DNA of 64,000 bases from Auanema rhodensis (taxonomy: Eukaryota; Animalia; Nematoda). A model generated the notes under the pieces. It made no database searches. It worked only from the letters and a program-made list of their open reading frames with translations, and had not been told where the DNA came from. Shown piece after piece: positions 26,326 through 42,115 of this stretch. The stretch lies in the NCBI GenBank assembly GCA_964057225.1, contig OZ059897.1, forward strand, positions 19,654,001-19,718,000. The letters run 5' to 3'. Each line of letters opens with the position of its first letter. The stretch's first letter is position 1. The position numbers and the translations under genes were made by a program.

Positions 26326-29300
26326 GAATGCACTATACTACATTGAGAAACGCTTAATACAAAAATTAGTTATGATCGTTTGAAAAATGATGCATTAGTG
26401 TATGTTGAGTTTCCATGTACACTCAACATTGCTTCCAAAAACATTTTGACAAAAATTTTTTCGAAAAATTTCAAAATAATTTAGCAAAAAGTAGATGTTT
26501 TTAGATTCCTTTTTTCAAGGCAAAGACGATGGACAATGTTATTCAACGAAAAAATTATTTCTTCAGGGTGAAAATCGAGGATATAAGTGTGAACTTATAT
26601 CAGTTGATATCTCGGTGCATTTTTAAGCTAGCGCAAATCTGATAACACAGATCGACGCAGCTTAAAAATCCGCATCGAATGCACTATACTACATTGAAAA
26701 ACGCTTGATACAAAAATTAGTTATGATCGTTTGAAAAATGATGCATTAGTGTATGTTGAGTTTCCATGTACACTCAACATTGCTTCCAAAAACATTTTGA
26801 CAAAAATTTTTTCGAAAAATTTCAAAATAATTTAGCAAAAAGTAGATGTTTTTAGATTCCATTTCTCAAGGCAAAGACGATAGACAATGTTATTCAACGA
26901 AAAAATTAATTCTTCAGGGTGAAAATCGAGGATATAAGTGTGAACTTATATCAGTTGATATCTCGGTGCATTTTTAAGCTAGCGCAAATCTGATAACACA
27001 GATCGACGCAGCTTAAAAATCCGCATCGAATGCACTATACTACATTGAGAAACGCTTAATACAAAAATTAGTTATGATCGTTTGAAAAATGATGCATTAG
27101 TGTATGTTGAGTTTCCATGTACACTCAACATTGCTTCCAAAAACATTTTGACAAAAATTTTTTCGAAAAATTTCAAAATAATTTAGCAAAAAGTAGATGT
27201 TTTTAGATTCCTTTTTTCAAGGCAAAGACGATGGACAATGTTATTCAACGAAAAAATTATTTCTTCAGGGTGAAAATCGAGGATATAAGTGTGAACTTAT
27301 ATCAGTTGATATCTCGGTGCATTTTTAAGCTAGCGCAAATCTGATAACACAGATCGACGCAGCTTAAAAATCCGCATCGAATGCACTATACTACATTGAA
27401 AAACGCTTAATACAAAAATTAGTTATGATCGTTTGAAAAATGATGCATTAGTGTATGTTGAGTTTCCATGTACACTCAACATTGCTTCCAAAAACATTTT
27501 GACAAAAATTTTTTCGAAAAATTTCAAAATAATTTAGCAAAAAGTAGATGTTTTTAGATTCCTTTTTTCAAGGCAAAGACGATGGACAATGTTATTCAAC
27601 GAAAAAATTATTTCTTCAGGGTGAAAATCGAGGATATAAGTGTGAACTTATATCAGTTGATATCTCGGTGCATTTTTAAGCTAGCGCAAATCTGATAACA
27701 CAGATCGACGCAGCTTAAAAATCCGCATCGAATGCACTATACTACATTGAAAAACGCTTGATACAAAAATTAGTTATGATCGTTTGAAAAATGATGCATT
27801 AGTGTATGTTGAGTTTCCATGTACACTCAACATTGCTTCCAAAAACATTTTGACAAAAATTTTTTCGAAAAATTTCAAAATAATTTAGCAAAAAGTAGAT
27901 GTTTTTAGATTCCATTTCTCAAGGCAAAGACGATAGACAATGTTATTCAACGAAAAAATTAATTCTTCAGGGTGAAAATCGAGGATATAAGTGTGAACTT
28001 ATATCAGTTGATATCTCGGTGCATTTTTAAGCTAGCGCAAATCTGATAACACAGATCGACGCAGCTTAAAAATCCGCATCGAATGCACTATACTACATTG
28101 AGAAACGCTTAATACAAAAATTAGTTATGATCGTTTGAAAAATGATGCATTAGTGTATGTTGAGTTTCCATGTACACTCAACATTGCTTCCAAAAACATT
28201 TTGACAAAAATTTTTTCGAAAAATTTCAAAATAATTTAGCAAAAAGTAGATGTTTTTAGATTCCTTTTTTCAAGGCAAAGACGATGGACAATGTTATTCA
28301 ACGAAAAAATTATTTCTTCAGGGTGAAAATCGAGGATATAAGTGTGAACTTATATCAGTTGATATCTCGGTGCATTTTTAAGCTAGCGCAAATCTGATAA
28401 CACAGATCGACGCAGCTTAAAAATCCGCATCGAATGCACTATACTACATTGAAAAACGCTTGATACAAAAATTAGTTATGATCGTTTGAAAAATGATGCA
28501 TTAGTGTATGTTGAGTTTCCATGTACACTCAACATTGCTTCCAAAAACATTTTGACAAAAATTTTTTCGAAAAATTTCAAAATAATTTAGCAAAAAGTAG
28601 ATGTTTTTAGATTCCATTTTTCAAGGCAAAGACGATAGACAATGTTATTCAACGAAAAAATTAATTCTTCAGGGTGAAAATCGAGGATATAAGTGTGAAC
28701 TTATATCAGTTGATATCTCGGTGCATTTTTAAGCTAGCGCAAATCTGATAACACAGATCGACGCAGCTTAAAAATCCGCATCGAATGCACTATACTACAT
28801 TGAGAAACGCTTAATACAAAAATTAGTTATGATCGTTTGAAAAATGATGCATTAGTGTATGTTGAGTTTCCATGTACACTCAACATTGCTTCCAAAAACA
28901 TTTTGACAAAAATTTTTTCGAAAAATTTCAAAATAATTTAGCAAAAAGTAGATGTTTTTAGATTCCTTTTTTCAAGGCAAAGACGATGGACAATGTTATT
29001 CAACGAAAAAATTAATTCTTCAGGGTGAAAATCGGGTATATATGTGTGAACTTATATCAGTTGATATCTCGGTGCATTTTTAAGCTAGCGCAAATCTGAT
29101 AACACAGATCGACGCAGCTTGAAAATCCGCATCGAATGCACTATACTACATTGAGAAACGCTTGATACAAAAATTAGTTATGATCGTTTGAAAAATGATG
29201 CATTAGTGTATGTTGAGTTTCCATGTACACTCAACATTGCTTCCAAAAACATTTTGACAAAAATTTTTTCGAAAAATTTCAAAATAATTTAGCAAAAAGT

Positions 29301-30888
29301 AGATGTTTTTAGATTCCTTTTTTCAAGGCAAAGACGATGGACAATGTTATTCAACGAAAAAATTATTTCTTCAGGGTGAAAATCGAGGATATAAGTGTGA
29401 ACTTATATCAGTTGATATCTCGGTGCATTTTTAAGCTAGCGCAAATCTGATAACACAGATCGACGCAGCTTAAAAATCCGCATCGAATGCACTATACTAC
29501 ATTGAGAAACGCTGAATACAAAAATTAGTTATGATCGTTTGAAAAATGATGCATTAGTGTATGTTGAGTTTCCATGTACACTCAACATTGCTTCCAAAAA
29601 CATTTTGACAAAAATTTTTTCGAAAAATTTCAAAATAATTTAGCAAAAAGTAGATGTTTTTAGATTCCTTTTTTCAAGGCAAAGACGATGGACAATGTTA
29701 TTCAACGAAAAAATTAATTCTTCAGGGTGAAAATCGGGTATATATGTGTGAACTTATATCAGTTGATATCTCGGTGCATTTTTAAGCTAGCGCAAATCTG
29801 ATAACACAGATCGACGCAGCTTGAAAATCCGCATTGAATGCACTATACTACATTGAGAAACGCTTAATACAAAAATTAGTTATGATCGTTTGAAAAATGA
29901 TGCATTAGTGTATGTTGAGTTTCCATGTACACTCAACATTGCTTCCAAAAACATTTTGACAAAAATTTTTTCGAAAAATTTCAAAATAATTTAGCAAAAA
30001 GTAGATGTTTTTAGATTCCTTTTTTCAAGGCAAAGACGATGGACAATGTTATTCAACGAAAAAATTAATTCTTCAGGGTGAAAATCGAGGATATAAGTGT
30101 AAACTTATATCAGTTGATATCTCGGTGCATTTTTAAGCTAGCGCAAATCTGATAACACAGATCGACGCAGCTTAAAAATCCGCATCGAATGCACTATACT
30201 ACATTGAGAAACGCTTAATACAAAAATTAGTTATGATCGTTTGAAAAATGATGCATTAGTGTATGTTGAGTTTCCATGTACACTCAACATTGCTTCCAAA
30301 AACATTTTGACAAAAATTTTTTCGAAAAATTTCAAAATAATTTAGCAAAAAGTAGATGTTTTTAGATTCCATTTTTCAAGGCAAAGACGATGGACAATGT
30401 TATTCAACGAAAAAATTAATTCTTCAGGGTGAAAATCGAGGATATAAGTGTGAACTTATATCAGTTGATATCTCGGTGCATTTTTAAGCTAGCGCAAATC
30501 TGATAACACAGATCGACGCAGCTTAAAAATCCGCATCGAATGCACTATACTACATTGAGAAACGCTTAATACAAAAATTAGTTATGATCGTTTGAAAAAT
30601 GATGCATTAGTGTATGTTGAGTTTCCATGTACACTCAACATTGCTTCCAAAAACATTTTGACAAAAATTTTTTCGAAAAATTTCAAAATAATTTAGCAAA
30701 AAGTAGATGTTTTAAGATTCCTTTTTTCAAGGCAAAGACGATGGACAATGTTATTCAACGAAAAAATTAATTCTTCAGGGTGAAAATCGGGTATATATGT
30801 GTGAACTTATATCAGTTGATATCTCGGTGCATTTTTAAGCTAGCGCAAATCTGATAACACAGATCGACGCAGCTTGAAAATCCGCATC

Positions 30889-33800
30889 GAATGCACTATA
30901 ATACATTGAGAAACGCTTGATACAAAAATTAGTTATGATCGTTTGAAAAATGATGCATTAGTGTATGTTGAGTTTCCATGTACACTCAACATTGCTTCCA
31001 AAAACATTTTGACAAAAATTTTTTCGAAAAATTTCAAAATAATTTAGCAAAAAGTAGATGTTTTAAGATTCCTTTTTTCAAGGCAAAGACGATGGACAAT
31101 GTTATTCAACGAAAAAATTAATTCTTCAGGGTGAAAATCGGGTATATATGTGTGAACTTATATCAGTTGATATCTCGGTGCATTTTTAAGCTAGCGCAAA
31201 TCTGATAACACAGATCGACGCAGCTTGAAAATCCGCATCGAATGCACTATAATACATTGAGAAACGCTTAATACAAAAATTAGTTATGATCGTTTGAAAA
31301 ATGATGCATTAGTGTATGTTGAGTTTCCATGTACACTCAACATTGCTTCCAAAAACATTTTGACAAAAATTTTTTCGAAAAATTTCAAAATAATTTAGCA
31401 AAAAGTAGATGTTTTTAGATTCCTTTTTTCAAGGCAAAGACGATGGACAATGTTATTCAACGAAAAAATTAATTCTTCAGGGTGAAAATCGAGTATATAA
31501 GTGTGAACTTATATCAGTTGATATCTCGGTGCATTTTTAAGCTAGCGCAAATCTGATAACACAGATCGACGCAGCTTAAAAATCCGCATCGAATGCACTA
31601 TACTACATTGAGAAACGCTTAATACAAAAATTAGTTATGATCGTTTGAAAAATGATGCATTAGTGTATGTTGAGTTTCCATGTACACTCAACATTGCTTC
31701 CAAAAACATTTTGACAAAAATTTTTTCGAAAAATTTCAAAATAATTTAGCAAAAAGTAGATGTTTTTAGATTCCATTTTTCAAGGCAAAGACGATAGACA
31801 ATGTTATTCAACGAAAAAATTAATTCTTCAGGGTGAAAATCGAGGATATAAGTGTGAACTTATATCAGTTGATATCTCGGTGCATTTTTAAGCTAGCGCA
31901 AATCTGATAACACAGATCGACGCAGCTTAAAAATCCGCATCGAATGCACTATACTACATTAAGAAACGCTTAATACAAAAATTAGTTATGATCGTTTGAA
32001 AAATGATGCATTAGTGTATGTTGAGTTTCCATGTACACTCAACATTGCTTCCAAAAACATTTTGACAAAAATTTTTTCGAAAAATTTCAAAATAATTTAG
32101 CAGAAAGTAGATGTTTTTAGATTCCATTTTTCAAGGCAAAGACGATGGACAATGTTATTCAACGAAAAAATTAATTCTTCAGGGTGAAAATCGAGGATAT
32201 AAGTGTGAACTTATATCAGTTGATATCTCGGTGCATTTTTAAGCTAGCGCAAATCTGATAACACAGATCGACGCAGCTTAAAAATCCGCATCGAATGCAC
32301 TATACTACATTGAGAAACGCTTAATACAAAAATTAGTTATGATCGTTTGAAAAATGATGCATTAGTGTATGTTGAGTTTCCATGTACACTCAACATTGCT
32401 TCCAAAAACATTTTGACAAAAATTTTTTTGAAAAAATTCAAAATAATTTAGCAAAAAGTAGATGTTTTTAGATTCCTTTCTTCAAGGCAAAGACGATGGA
32501 CAATGTTATTCAACGAAAAAATTATTTCTTCAGGGTGAAAATCGAGGATATAAGTGTGAACTTATATCAGTTGATATCTCGGTGCATTTTTAAGCTAGCG
32601 CAAATCTGATAACACAGATCGACGCAGCTTAAAAATCCGCATCGAATGCACTATACTACATTGAGAAACGCTTAATACAAAAATTAGTTATGATCGTTTG
32701 AAAAATGATGCATTAGTGTATGTTGAGTTTCCATGTACACTCAACATTGCTTCCAAAAACATTTTGACAAAAATTTTTTTGAAAAAATTCAGAATAATTT
32801 AGCAAAAAGTAGATGTTTTTAGATTCCTTTCTTCAAGGCAAAGACGATGGACAATGTTATTCAACGAAAAAATTATTTCTTCAGGGTGAAAATCGAGGAT
32901 ATAAGTGTGAACTTATATCAGTTGATATCTCGGTGCATTTTTAAGCTAGCGCAAATCTGATAACACATATCGACGCAGCTTAAAAATCCGCATCGAATGC
33001 ACTATACTACATTGAGAAACGCTTAATACAAAAATTAGTTATGATCGTTTGAAAAATGATGCATTAGTGTATGTTGAGTTTCCATGTACACTCAACATTG
33101 CTTCCAAAAACATTTTGACAAAAATTTTTTCGAAAAATTTCAAAATAATTTAGCAAAAAGTAGATGTTTTTAGATTCCATTTTTCAAGGCAAAGACGATG
33201 GACAATGTTATTCAACGAAAAAATTAATTCTTCAGGGTGAAAATCGAGGATATAAGTGTGAACTTATATCAGTTGATATCTCGGTGCATTTTTAAGCTAG
33301 CGCAAATCTGATAACACAGATCGACGCAGCTTAAAAATCCGCATCGAATGCACTATACTACATTGAGAAACGCTTGATACAAAAATTAGTTATGATCGTT
33401 TGAAAAATGATGCATTAGTGTATGTTGAGTTTCCATGTACACTCAACATTGCTTCCAAAAACATTTTGACAAAAATTTTTTCGAAAAATTTCAAAATAAT
33501 TTAGCAAAAAGTAGATGTTTTTAGATTCCATTTTTCAAGGCAAAGACGATAGACAATGTTATTCAACGAAAAAATTAATTCTTCAGGGTGAAAATCGAGG
33601 ATATAAGTGTGAACTTATATCAGTTGATATCTGGGTGCATTTTTAAGCTAGCGCAAATCTGATAACACAGATCGACGCAGCTTAAAAATCCGCATCGAAT
33701 GCACTATACTACATTGAAAAACGCTTGATACAAAATTAGTTATGATCTTTTGAAAAATGATGCATTAGTGTATGTTGATTTTCCATGTACACTCAACATT

Positions 33801-36800
33801 GCTTCCAAAAACATTTTGACAAAAATTTTTTCGAAAAATTTCAAAATAATTTAGCAAAAAGTAGATGTTTTTAGATTCCATTTTTTAAGGCAAAGACGAT
33901 GGACAATGTTATTCAACGAAAAAATTAATTCTTCAGGGTGAAAATCGAGGATATAAGTGTGAACTTATATCAGTTGATATCTCGGTGCATTTTTAAGCTA
34001 GCGCAAATCTGATAACACAGATCGACGCAGCTTAAAAATCCGCATCGAATGCACTATACTACATTGAGAAACGCTTAATACAAAAATTAGTTATGATCGT
34101 TTGAAAAATGATGCATTAGTGTATGTTGAGTTTCCATGTACACTCAACATTGCTTCCAAAAACATTTTGACAAAAATTTTTTCGAAAAATTTCAAAATAA
34201 TTTAGCAAAAAGTAGATGTTTTAAGATTCCTTTTTTCAAGGCAAAGACGATGGACAATGTTATTCAACGAAAAAATTAATTCTTCAGGGTGAAAATCGGG
34301 TATATATGTGTGAACTTATATCAGTTGATATCTCGGTGCATTTTTAAGCTAGCGCAAATCTGATAACACAGATCGACGCAGCTTGAAAATCCGCATCGAA
34401 TGCACTATAATACATTGAGAAACGCTTAATACAAAAATTAGTTATGATCGTTTGAAAAATGATGCATTAGTGTATGTTGAGTTTCCATGTACACTCAACA
34501 TTGCTTCCAAAAACATTTTGACAAAAATTTTTTCGAAAAATTTCAAAATAATTTAGCAAAAAGTAGATGTTTTTAGATTCCTTTTTTCAAGGCAAAGACG
34601 ATGGACAATGTTATTCAACGAAAAAATTAATTCTTCAGGGTGAAAATCGAGTATATAAGTGTGAACTTATATCAGTTGATATCTCGGTGCATTTTTAAGC
34701 TAGCGCAAATCTGATAACACAGATCGACGCAGCTTAAAAATCCGCATCGAATGCACTATACTACATTGAGAAACGCTTAATACAAAAATTAGTTATGATC
34801 GTTTGAAAAATGATGCATTAGTGTATGTTGAGTTTCCATGTACACTCAACATTGCTTCCAAAAACATTTTGACAAAAATTTTTTCGAAAAATTTCAAAAT
34901 AATTTAGCAAAAAGTAGATGTTTTTAGATTCCATTTTTCAAGGCAAAGACGATAGACAATGTTATTCAACGAAAAAATTAATTCTTCAGGGTGAAAATCG
35001 AGGATATAAGTGTGAACTTATATCAGTTGATATCTCGGTGCATTTTTAAGCTAGCGCAAATCTGATAACACAGATCGACGCAGCTTAAAAATCCGCATCG
35101 AATGCACTATACTACATTAAGAAACGCTTAATACAAAAATTAGTTATGATCGTTTGAAAAATGATGCATTAGTGTATGTTGAGTTTCCATGTACACTCAA
35201 CATTGCTTCCAAAAACATTTTGACAAAAATTTTTTCGAAAAATTTCAAAATAATTTAGCAGAAAGTAGATGTTTTTAGATTCCATTTTTCAAGGCAAAGA
35301 CGATGGACAATGTTATTCAACGAAAAAATTAATTCTTCAGGGTGAAAATCGAGGATATAAGTGTGAACTTATATCAGTTGATATCTCGGTGCATTTTTAA
35401 GCTAGCGCAAATCTGATAACACAGATCGACGCAGCTTAAAAATCCGCATCGAATGCACTATACTACATTGAGAAACGCTTAATACAAAAATTAGTTATGA
35501 TCGTTTGAAAAATGATGCATTAGTGTATGTTGAGTTTCCATGTACACTCAACATTGCTTCCAAAAACATTTTGACAAAAATTTTTTTGAAAAAATTCAAA
35601 ATAATTTAGCAAAAAGTAGATGTTTTTAGATTCCTTTCTTCAAGGCAAAGACGATGGACAATGTTATTCAACGAAAAAATTATTTCTTCAGGGTGAAAAT
35701 CGAGGATATAAGTGTGAACTTATATCAGTTGATATCTCGGTGCATTTTTAAGCTAGCGCAAATCTGATAACACAGATCGACGCAGCTTAAAAATCCGCAT
35801 CGAATGCACTATACTACATTGAGAAACGCTTAATACAAAAATTAGTTATGATCGTTTGAAAAATGATGCATTAGTGTATGTTGAGTTTCCATGTACACTC
35901 AACATTGCTTCCAAAAACATTTTGACAAAAATTTTTTTGAAAAAATTCAGAATAATTTAGCAAAAAGTAGATGTTTTTAGATTCCTTTCTTCAAGGCAAA
36001 GACGATGGACAATGTTATTCAACGAAAAAATTATTTCTTCAGGGTGAAAATCGAGGATATAAGTGTGAACTTATATCAGTTGATATCTCGGTGCATTTTT
36101 AAGCTAGCGCAAATCTGATAACACATATCGACGCAGCTTAAAAATCCGCATCGAATGCACTATACTACATTGAGAAACGCTTAATACAAAAATTAGTTAT
36201 GATCGTTTGAAAAATGATGCATTAGTGTATGTTGAGTTTCCATGTACACTCAACATTGCTTCCAAAAACATTTTGACAAAAATTTTTTCGAAAAATTTCA
36301 AAATAATTTAGCAAAAAGTAGATGTTTTTAGATTCCATTTTTCAAGGCAAAGACGATGGACAATGTTATTCAACGAAAAAATTAATTCTTCAGGGTGAAA
36401 ATCGAGGATATAAGTGTGAACTTATATCAGTTGATATCTCGGTGCATTTTTAAGCTAGCGCAAATCTGATAACACAGATCGACGCAGCTTAAAAATCCGC
36501 ATCGAATGCACTATACTACATTGAGAAACGCTTGATACAAAAATTAGTTATGATCGTTTGAAAAATGATGCATTAGTGTATGTTGAGTTTCCATGTACAC
36601 TCAACATTGCTTCCAAAAACATTTTGACAAAAATTTTTTCGAAAAATTTCAAAATAATTTAGCAAAAAGTAGATGTTTTTAGATTCCATTTTTCAAGGCA
36701 AAGACGATAGACAATGTTATTCAACGAAAAAATTAATTCTTCAGGGTGAAAATCGAGGATATAAGTGTGAACTTATATCAGTTGATATCTGGGTGCATTT

Positions 36801-37204
36801 TTAAGCTAGCGCAAATCTGATAACACAGATCGACGCAGCTTAAAAATCCGCATCGAATGCACTATACTACATTGAAAAACGCTTGATACAAAATTAGTTA
36901 TGATCTTTTGAAAAATGATGCATTAGTGTATGTTGATTTTCCATGTACACTCAACATTGCTTCCAAAAACATTTTGACAAAAATTTTTTCGAAAAATTTC
37001 AAAATAATTTAGCAAAAAGTAGATGTTTTTAGATTCCATTTTTTAAGGCAAAGACGATGGACAATGTTATTCAACGAAAAAATTAATTCTTCAGGGTGAA
37101 AATCGAGGATATATGTGTGAACTTATATCAGTTGATATCTCGGTGCATTTTTAAGCTAGCGCAAATCTGATAACACAGATCGACGCAGCTTAAAAATCCG
37201 CATC
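30889..37204. repeat. 9-mer tandem duplication (3158-bp period), with a partial third copy at 37556-39660
   Basis: The ordered private variants TTTAAGATT, GAGTATATAA, CATTAAGAA + GCAGAAAG, CCTTTCTTC, CAGAATA + ACACATATC, CTGGGTG and the 1-bp-deletion monomer all repeat 3158 bp later. Confidence 0.92.
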
Positions 37205-39660
37205 GAATGCACTATACTACATTGAGAAACGCTTAATACAAAAATTAGTTATGATCTTTTGAAAAATGATGCATTAGTGTATGTTGATTTTCCATGTACA
37301 CTCAACATTGCTTCCAAAAACATTTTGACAAAAATTTTTTCGAAAAATTTCAAAATAATTTAGCAAAAAGTAGATGTTTTTAGATTCCATTTTTTAAGGC
37401 AAAGACGATGGACAATGTTATTCAACGAAAAAATTAATTCTTCAGGGTGAAAATCGAGGATATATGTGTGAACTTATATCAGTTGATATCTCGGTGCATT
37501 TTTAAGCTAGCGCAAATCTGATAACACAGATCGACGCAGCTTAAAAATCCGCATCGAATGCACTATACTACATTGAGAAACGCTTAATACAAAAATTAGT
37601 TATGATCGTTTGAAAAATGATGCATTAGTGTATGTTGAGTTTCCATGTACACTCAACATTGCTTCCAAAAACATTTTGACAAAAATTTTTTTGAAAAAAT
37701 TCAAAATAATTTAGCAAAAAGTAGATGTTTTTAGATTCCTTTCTTCAAGGCAAAGACGATGGACAATGTTATTCAACGAAAAAATTATTTCTTCAGGGTG
37801 AAAATCGAGGATATAAGTGTGAACTTATATCAGTTGATATCTCGGTGCATTTTTAAGCTAGCGCAAATCTGATAACACAGATCGACGCAGCTTAAAAATC
37901 CGCATCGAATGCACTATACTACATTGAGAAACGCTTAATACAAAAATTAGTTATGATCGTTTGAAAAATGATGCATTAGTGTATGTTGAGTTTCCATGTA
38001 CACTCAACATTGCTTCCAAAAACATTTTGACAAAAATTTTTTTGAAAAAATTCAGAATAATTTAGCAAAAAGTAGATGTTTTTAGATTCCTTTCTTCAAG
38101 GCAAAGACGATGGACAATGTTATTCAACGAAAAAATTATTTCTTCAGGGTGAAAATCGAGGATATAAGTGTGAACTTATATCAGTTGATATCTCGGTGCA
38201 TTTTTAAGCTAGCGCAAATCTGATAACACAGATCGACGCAGCTTAAAAATCCGCATCGAATGCACTATACTACATTGAGAAACGCTTAATACAAAAATTA
38301 GTTATGATCGTTTGAAAAATGATGCATTAGTGTATGTTGAGTTTCCATGTACACTCAACATTGCTTCCAAAAACATTTTGACAAAAATTTTTTTGAAAAA
38401 ATTCAGAATAATTTAGCAAAAAGTAGATGTTTTTAGATTCCTTTCTTCAAGGCAAAGACGATGGACAATGTTATTCAACGAAAAAATTATTTCTTCAGGG
38501 TGAAAATCGAGGATATAAGTGTGAACTTATATCAGTTGATATCTCGGTGCATTTTTAAGCTAGCGCAAATCTGATAACACATATCGACGCAGCTTAAAAA
38601 TCCGCATCGAATGCACTATACTACATTGAGAAACGCTTAATACAAAAATTAGTTATGATCGTTTGAAAAATGATGCATTAGTGTATGTTGAGTTTCCATG
38701 TACACTCAACATTGCTTCCAAAAACATTTTGACAAAAATTTTTTCGAAAAATTTCAAAATAATTTAGCAAAAAGTAGATGTTTTTAGATTCCATTTTTCA
38801 AGGCAAAGACGATGGACAATGTTATCCAACGAAAAAATTAATTCTTCAGGGTGAAAATCGAGGATATAAGTGTGAACTTATATCAGTTGATATCTCGGTG
38901 CATTTTTAAGCTAGCGCAAATCTGATAACACAGATCGACGCAGCTTAAAAATCCGCATCGAATGCACTATACTACATTGAGAAACGCTTGATACAAAAAT
39001 TAGTTATGATCGTTTGAAAAATGATGCATTAGTGTATGTTGAGTTTCCATGTACACTCAACATTGCTTCCAAAAACATTTTGACAAAAATTTTTTCGAAA
39101 AATTTCAAAATAATTTAGCAAAAAGTAGATGTTTTTAGATTCCATTTTTCAAGGCAAAGACGATAGACAATGTTATTCAACGAAAAAATTAATTCTTCAG
39201 GGTGAAAATCGAGGATATAAGTGTGAACTTATATCAGTTGATATCTGGGTGCATTTTTAAGCTAGCGCAAATCTGATAACACAGATCGACGCAGCTTAAA
39301 AATCCGCATCGAATGCACTATACTACATTGAAAAACGCTTGATACAAAATTAGTTATGATCTTTTGAAAAATGATGCATTAGTGTATGTTGATTTTCCAT
39401 GTACACTCAACATTGCTTCCAAAAACATTTTGACAAAAATTTTTTCGAAAAATTTCAAAATAATTTAGCAAAAAGTAGATGTTTTTAGATTCCATTTTTT
39501 AAGGCAAAGACGATGGACAATGTTATTCAACGAAAAAATTAATTCTTCAAGGTGAAAATCGAGGATATAAGTGTGAACTTATATCAGTTGATATCTCGGT
39601 GCATTTTTAAGCTAGCGCAAATCTGATAACACAGATCGACGCAGCTTAAAAATCCGCATC

Positions 39661-42115
39661 GAATGCACTATACTACATTGAGAAACGCTTAATACAAAAA
39701 TTAGTTATGATCGTTTGAAAAATGATGCATTAGTGTATGTTGAGTTTCCATGTACACTCAACATTGCTTCCAAAAACATTTTGACAAAAATTTTTTCGAA
39801 AAATTTCAAAATAATTTAGCAAAAAGTAGATGTTTTTAGATTCCATTTTTCAAGGCAAAGACGATAGACAATGTTATTCAACGAAAAAATTAATTCTTCA
39901 GGGTGAAAATCGAGGATATAAGTGTGAACTTATATCAGTTGATATCTCGGTGCATTTTTAAGCTAGCGCAAATCTGATAACACAGATCGACGCAGCTTAA
40001 AAATCCGCATCGAATGCACTATACTACATTGAGAAACGCTTAATACAAAAATTAGTTATGATCGTTTGAAAAATGATGCATTAGTGTATGTTGAGTTTCC
40101 ATGTACACTCAACATTGCTTCCAAAAACATTTTGACAAAAATTTTTTTGAAAAAATTCAAAATAATTTAGCAAAAAGTAGATGTTTTTAGATTCCTTTTT
40201 TCAAAGCAAAGACGATGGACAATGTTATTCAACGAAAAAATTATTTCTTCAGGGTGAAAATCGAGGATATAAGTGTGAACTTATATCAGTTGATATCTCG
40301 GTGCATTTTTAAGCTAGCGCAAATCTGATAACACAGATCGACGCAGCTTAAAAATCCGCATCGAATGCACTATACTACATTGAAAAACGCTTGATACAAA
40401 ATTAGTTATGATCTTTTGAAAAATGATGCATTAGTGTATGTTGAGTTTCCATGTACACTCAACATTGCTTCCAAAAACATTTTGACAAAAATTTTTTCGA
40501 AAAATTTCAAAATAATTTAGCAAAAAGTAGATGTTTTTAGATTCCATTTTTCAAGGCAAAGACGATGGACAATGTTATTCAACGAAAAAATTAATTCTTC
40601 AGGGTGAAAATCGAGGATATAAGTGTGAACTTATATCAGTTGATATCTCGGTGCATTTTTAAGCTAGCGCAAATCTGATAACACAGATCGACGCAGCTTA
40701 AAAATCCGCATCGAATGCACTATACTACATTGAGAAACGCTTAATACAAAAATTAGTTATGATCGTTTGAAAAATGATGCATTAGTGTATGTTGAGTTTC
40801 CATGTACACTCAACATTGCTTCCAAAAACATTTTGACAAAAATTTTTTCGAAAAATTTCAAAATAATTTAGCAAAAAGTAGATGTTTTTAGATTCCATTT
40901 TTCAAGGCAAAGACGATAGACAATGTTATTCAACGAAAAAATTAATTCTTCAGGGTGAAAATCGAGGATATAAGTGTGAACTTATATCAGTTGATATCTC
41001 GGTGCATTTTTAAGCTAGCGCAAATCTGATAACACAGATCGACGCAGCTTAAAAATCCGCATCGAATGCACTATACTACATTGAGAAACGCTTAATACAA
41101 AAATTAGTTATGATCGTTTGAAAAATGATGCATTAGTGTATGTTGAGTTTCCATGTACACTCAACATTGCTTCCAAAAACATTTTGACAAAAATTTTTTT
41201 GAAAAAATTCAAAATAATTTAGCAAAAAGTAGATGTTTTTAGATTCCTTTTTTCAAAGCAAAGACGATGGACAATGTTATTCAACGAAAAAATTATTTCT
41301 TCAGGGTGAAAATCGAGGATATAAGTGTGAACTTATATCAGTTGATATCTCGGTGCATTTTTAAGCTAGCGCAAATCTGATAACACAGATCGACGCAGCT
41401 TAAAAATCCGCATCGAATGCACTATACTACATTGAAAAACGCTTGATACAAAATTAGTTATGATCTTTTGAAAAATGATGCATTAGTGTATGTTGAGTTT
41501 CCATGTACACTCAACATTGCTTCCAAAAACATTTTGACAAAAATTTTTTCGAAAAATTTCAAAATAATTTAGCAAAAAGTAGATGTTTTTAGATTCCATT
41601 TTTCAAGGCAAAGACGATGGACAATGTTATTCAACGAAAAAATTAATTCTTCAGGGTGAAAATCGAGGATATAAGTGTGAACTTATATCAGTTGATATCT
41701 CGGTGCATTTTTAAGCTAGCGCAAATCTGATAACACAGATCGACGCAGCTTAAAAATCCGCATCGAATGCACTATACTACATTGAGAAACGCTTAATACA
41801 AAAATTAGTTATGATCGTTTGAAAAATGATGCATTAGTGTATGTTGAGTTTCCATGTACACTCAACATTGCTTCCAAAAACATTTTGACAAAAATTTTTT
41901 CGAAAAATTTCAAAATAATTTAGCAAAAAGTAGATGTTTTTAGATTCCATTTTTCAAGGCAAAGACGATAGACAATGTTATTCAACGAAAAAATTAATTC
42001 TTCAGGGTGAAAATCGAGGATATAAGTGTGAACTTATATCAGTTGATATCTCGGTGCATTTTTAAGCTAGCGCAAATCTGATAACACAGATCGACGCAGC
42101 TTAAAAATCCGCATC
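39661..42115. repeat. 3-mer higher-order repeat (1052-bp period), 2.3 copies
   Basis: A GATAG monomer, a TCAAAGC monomer (40012, 41064) and a 350-bp deletion monomer (40363, 41415) repeat in order. Confidence 0.88.
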
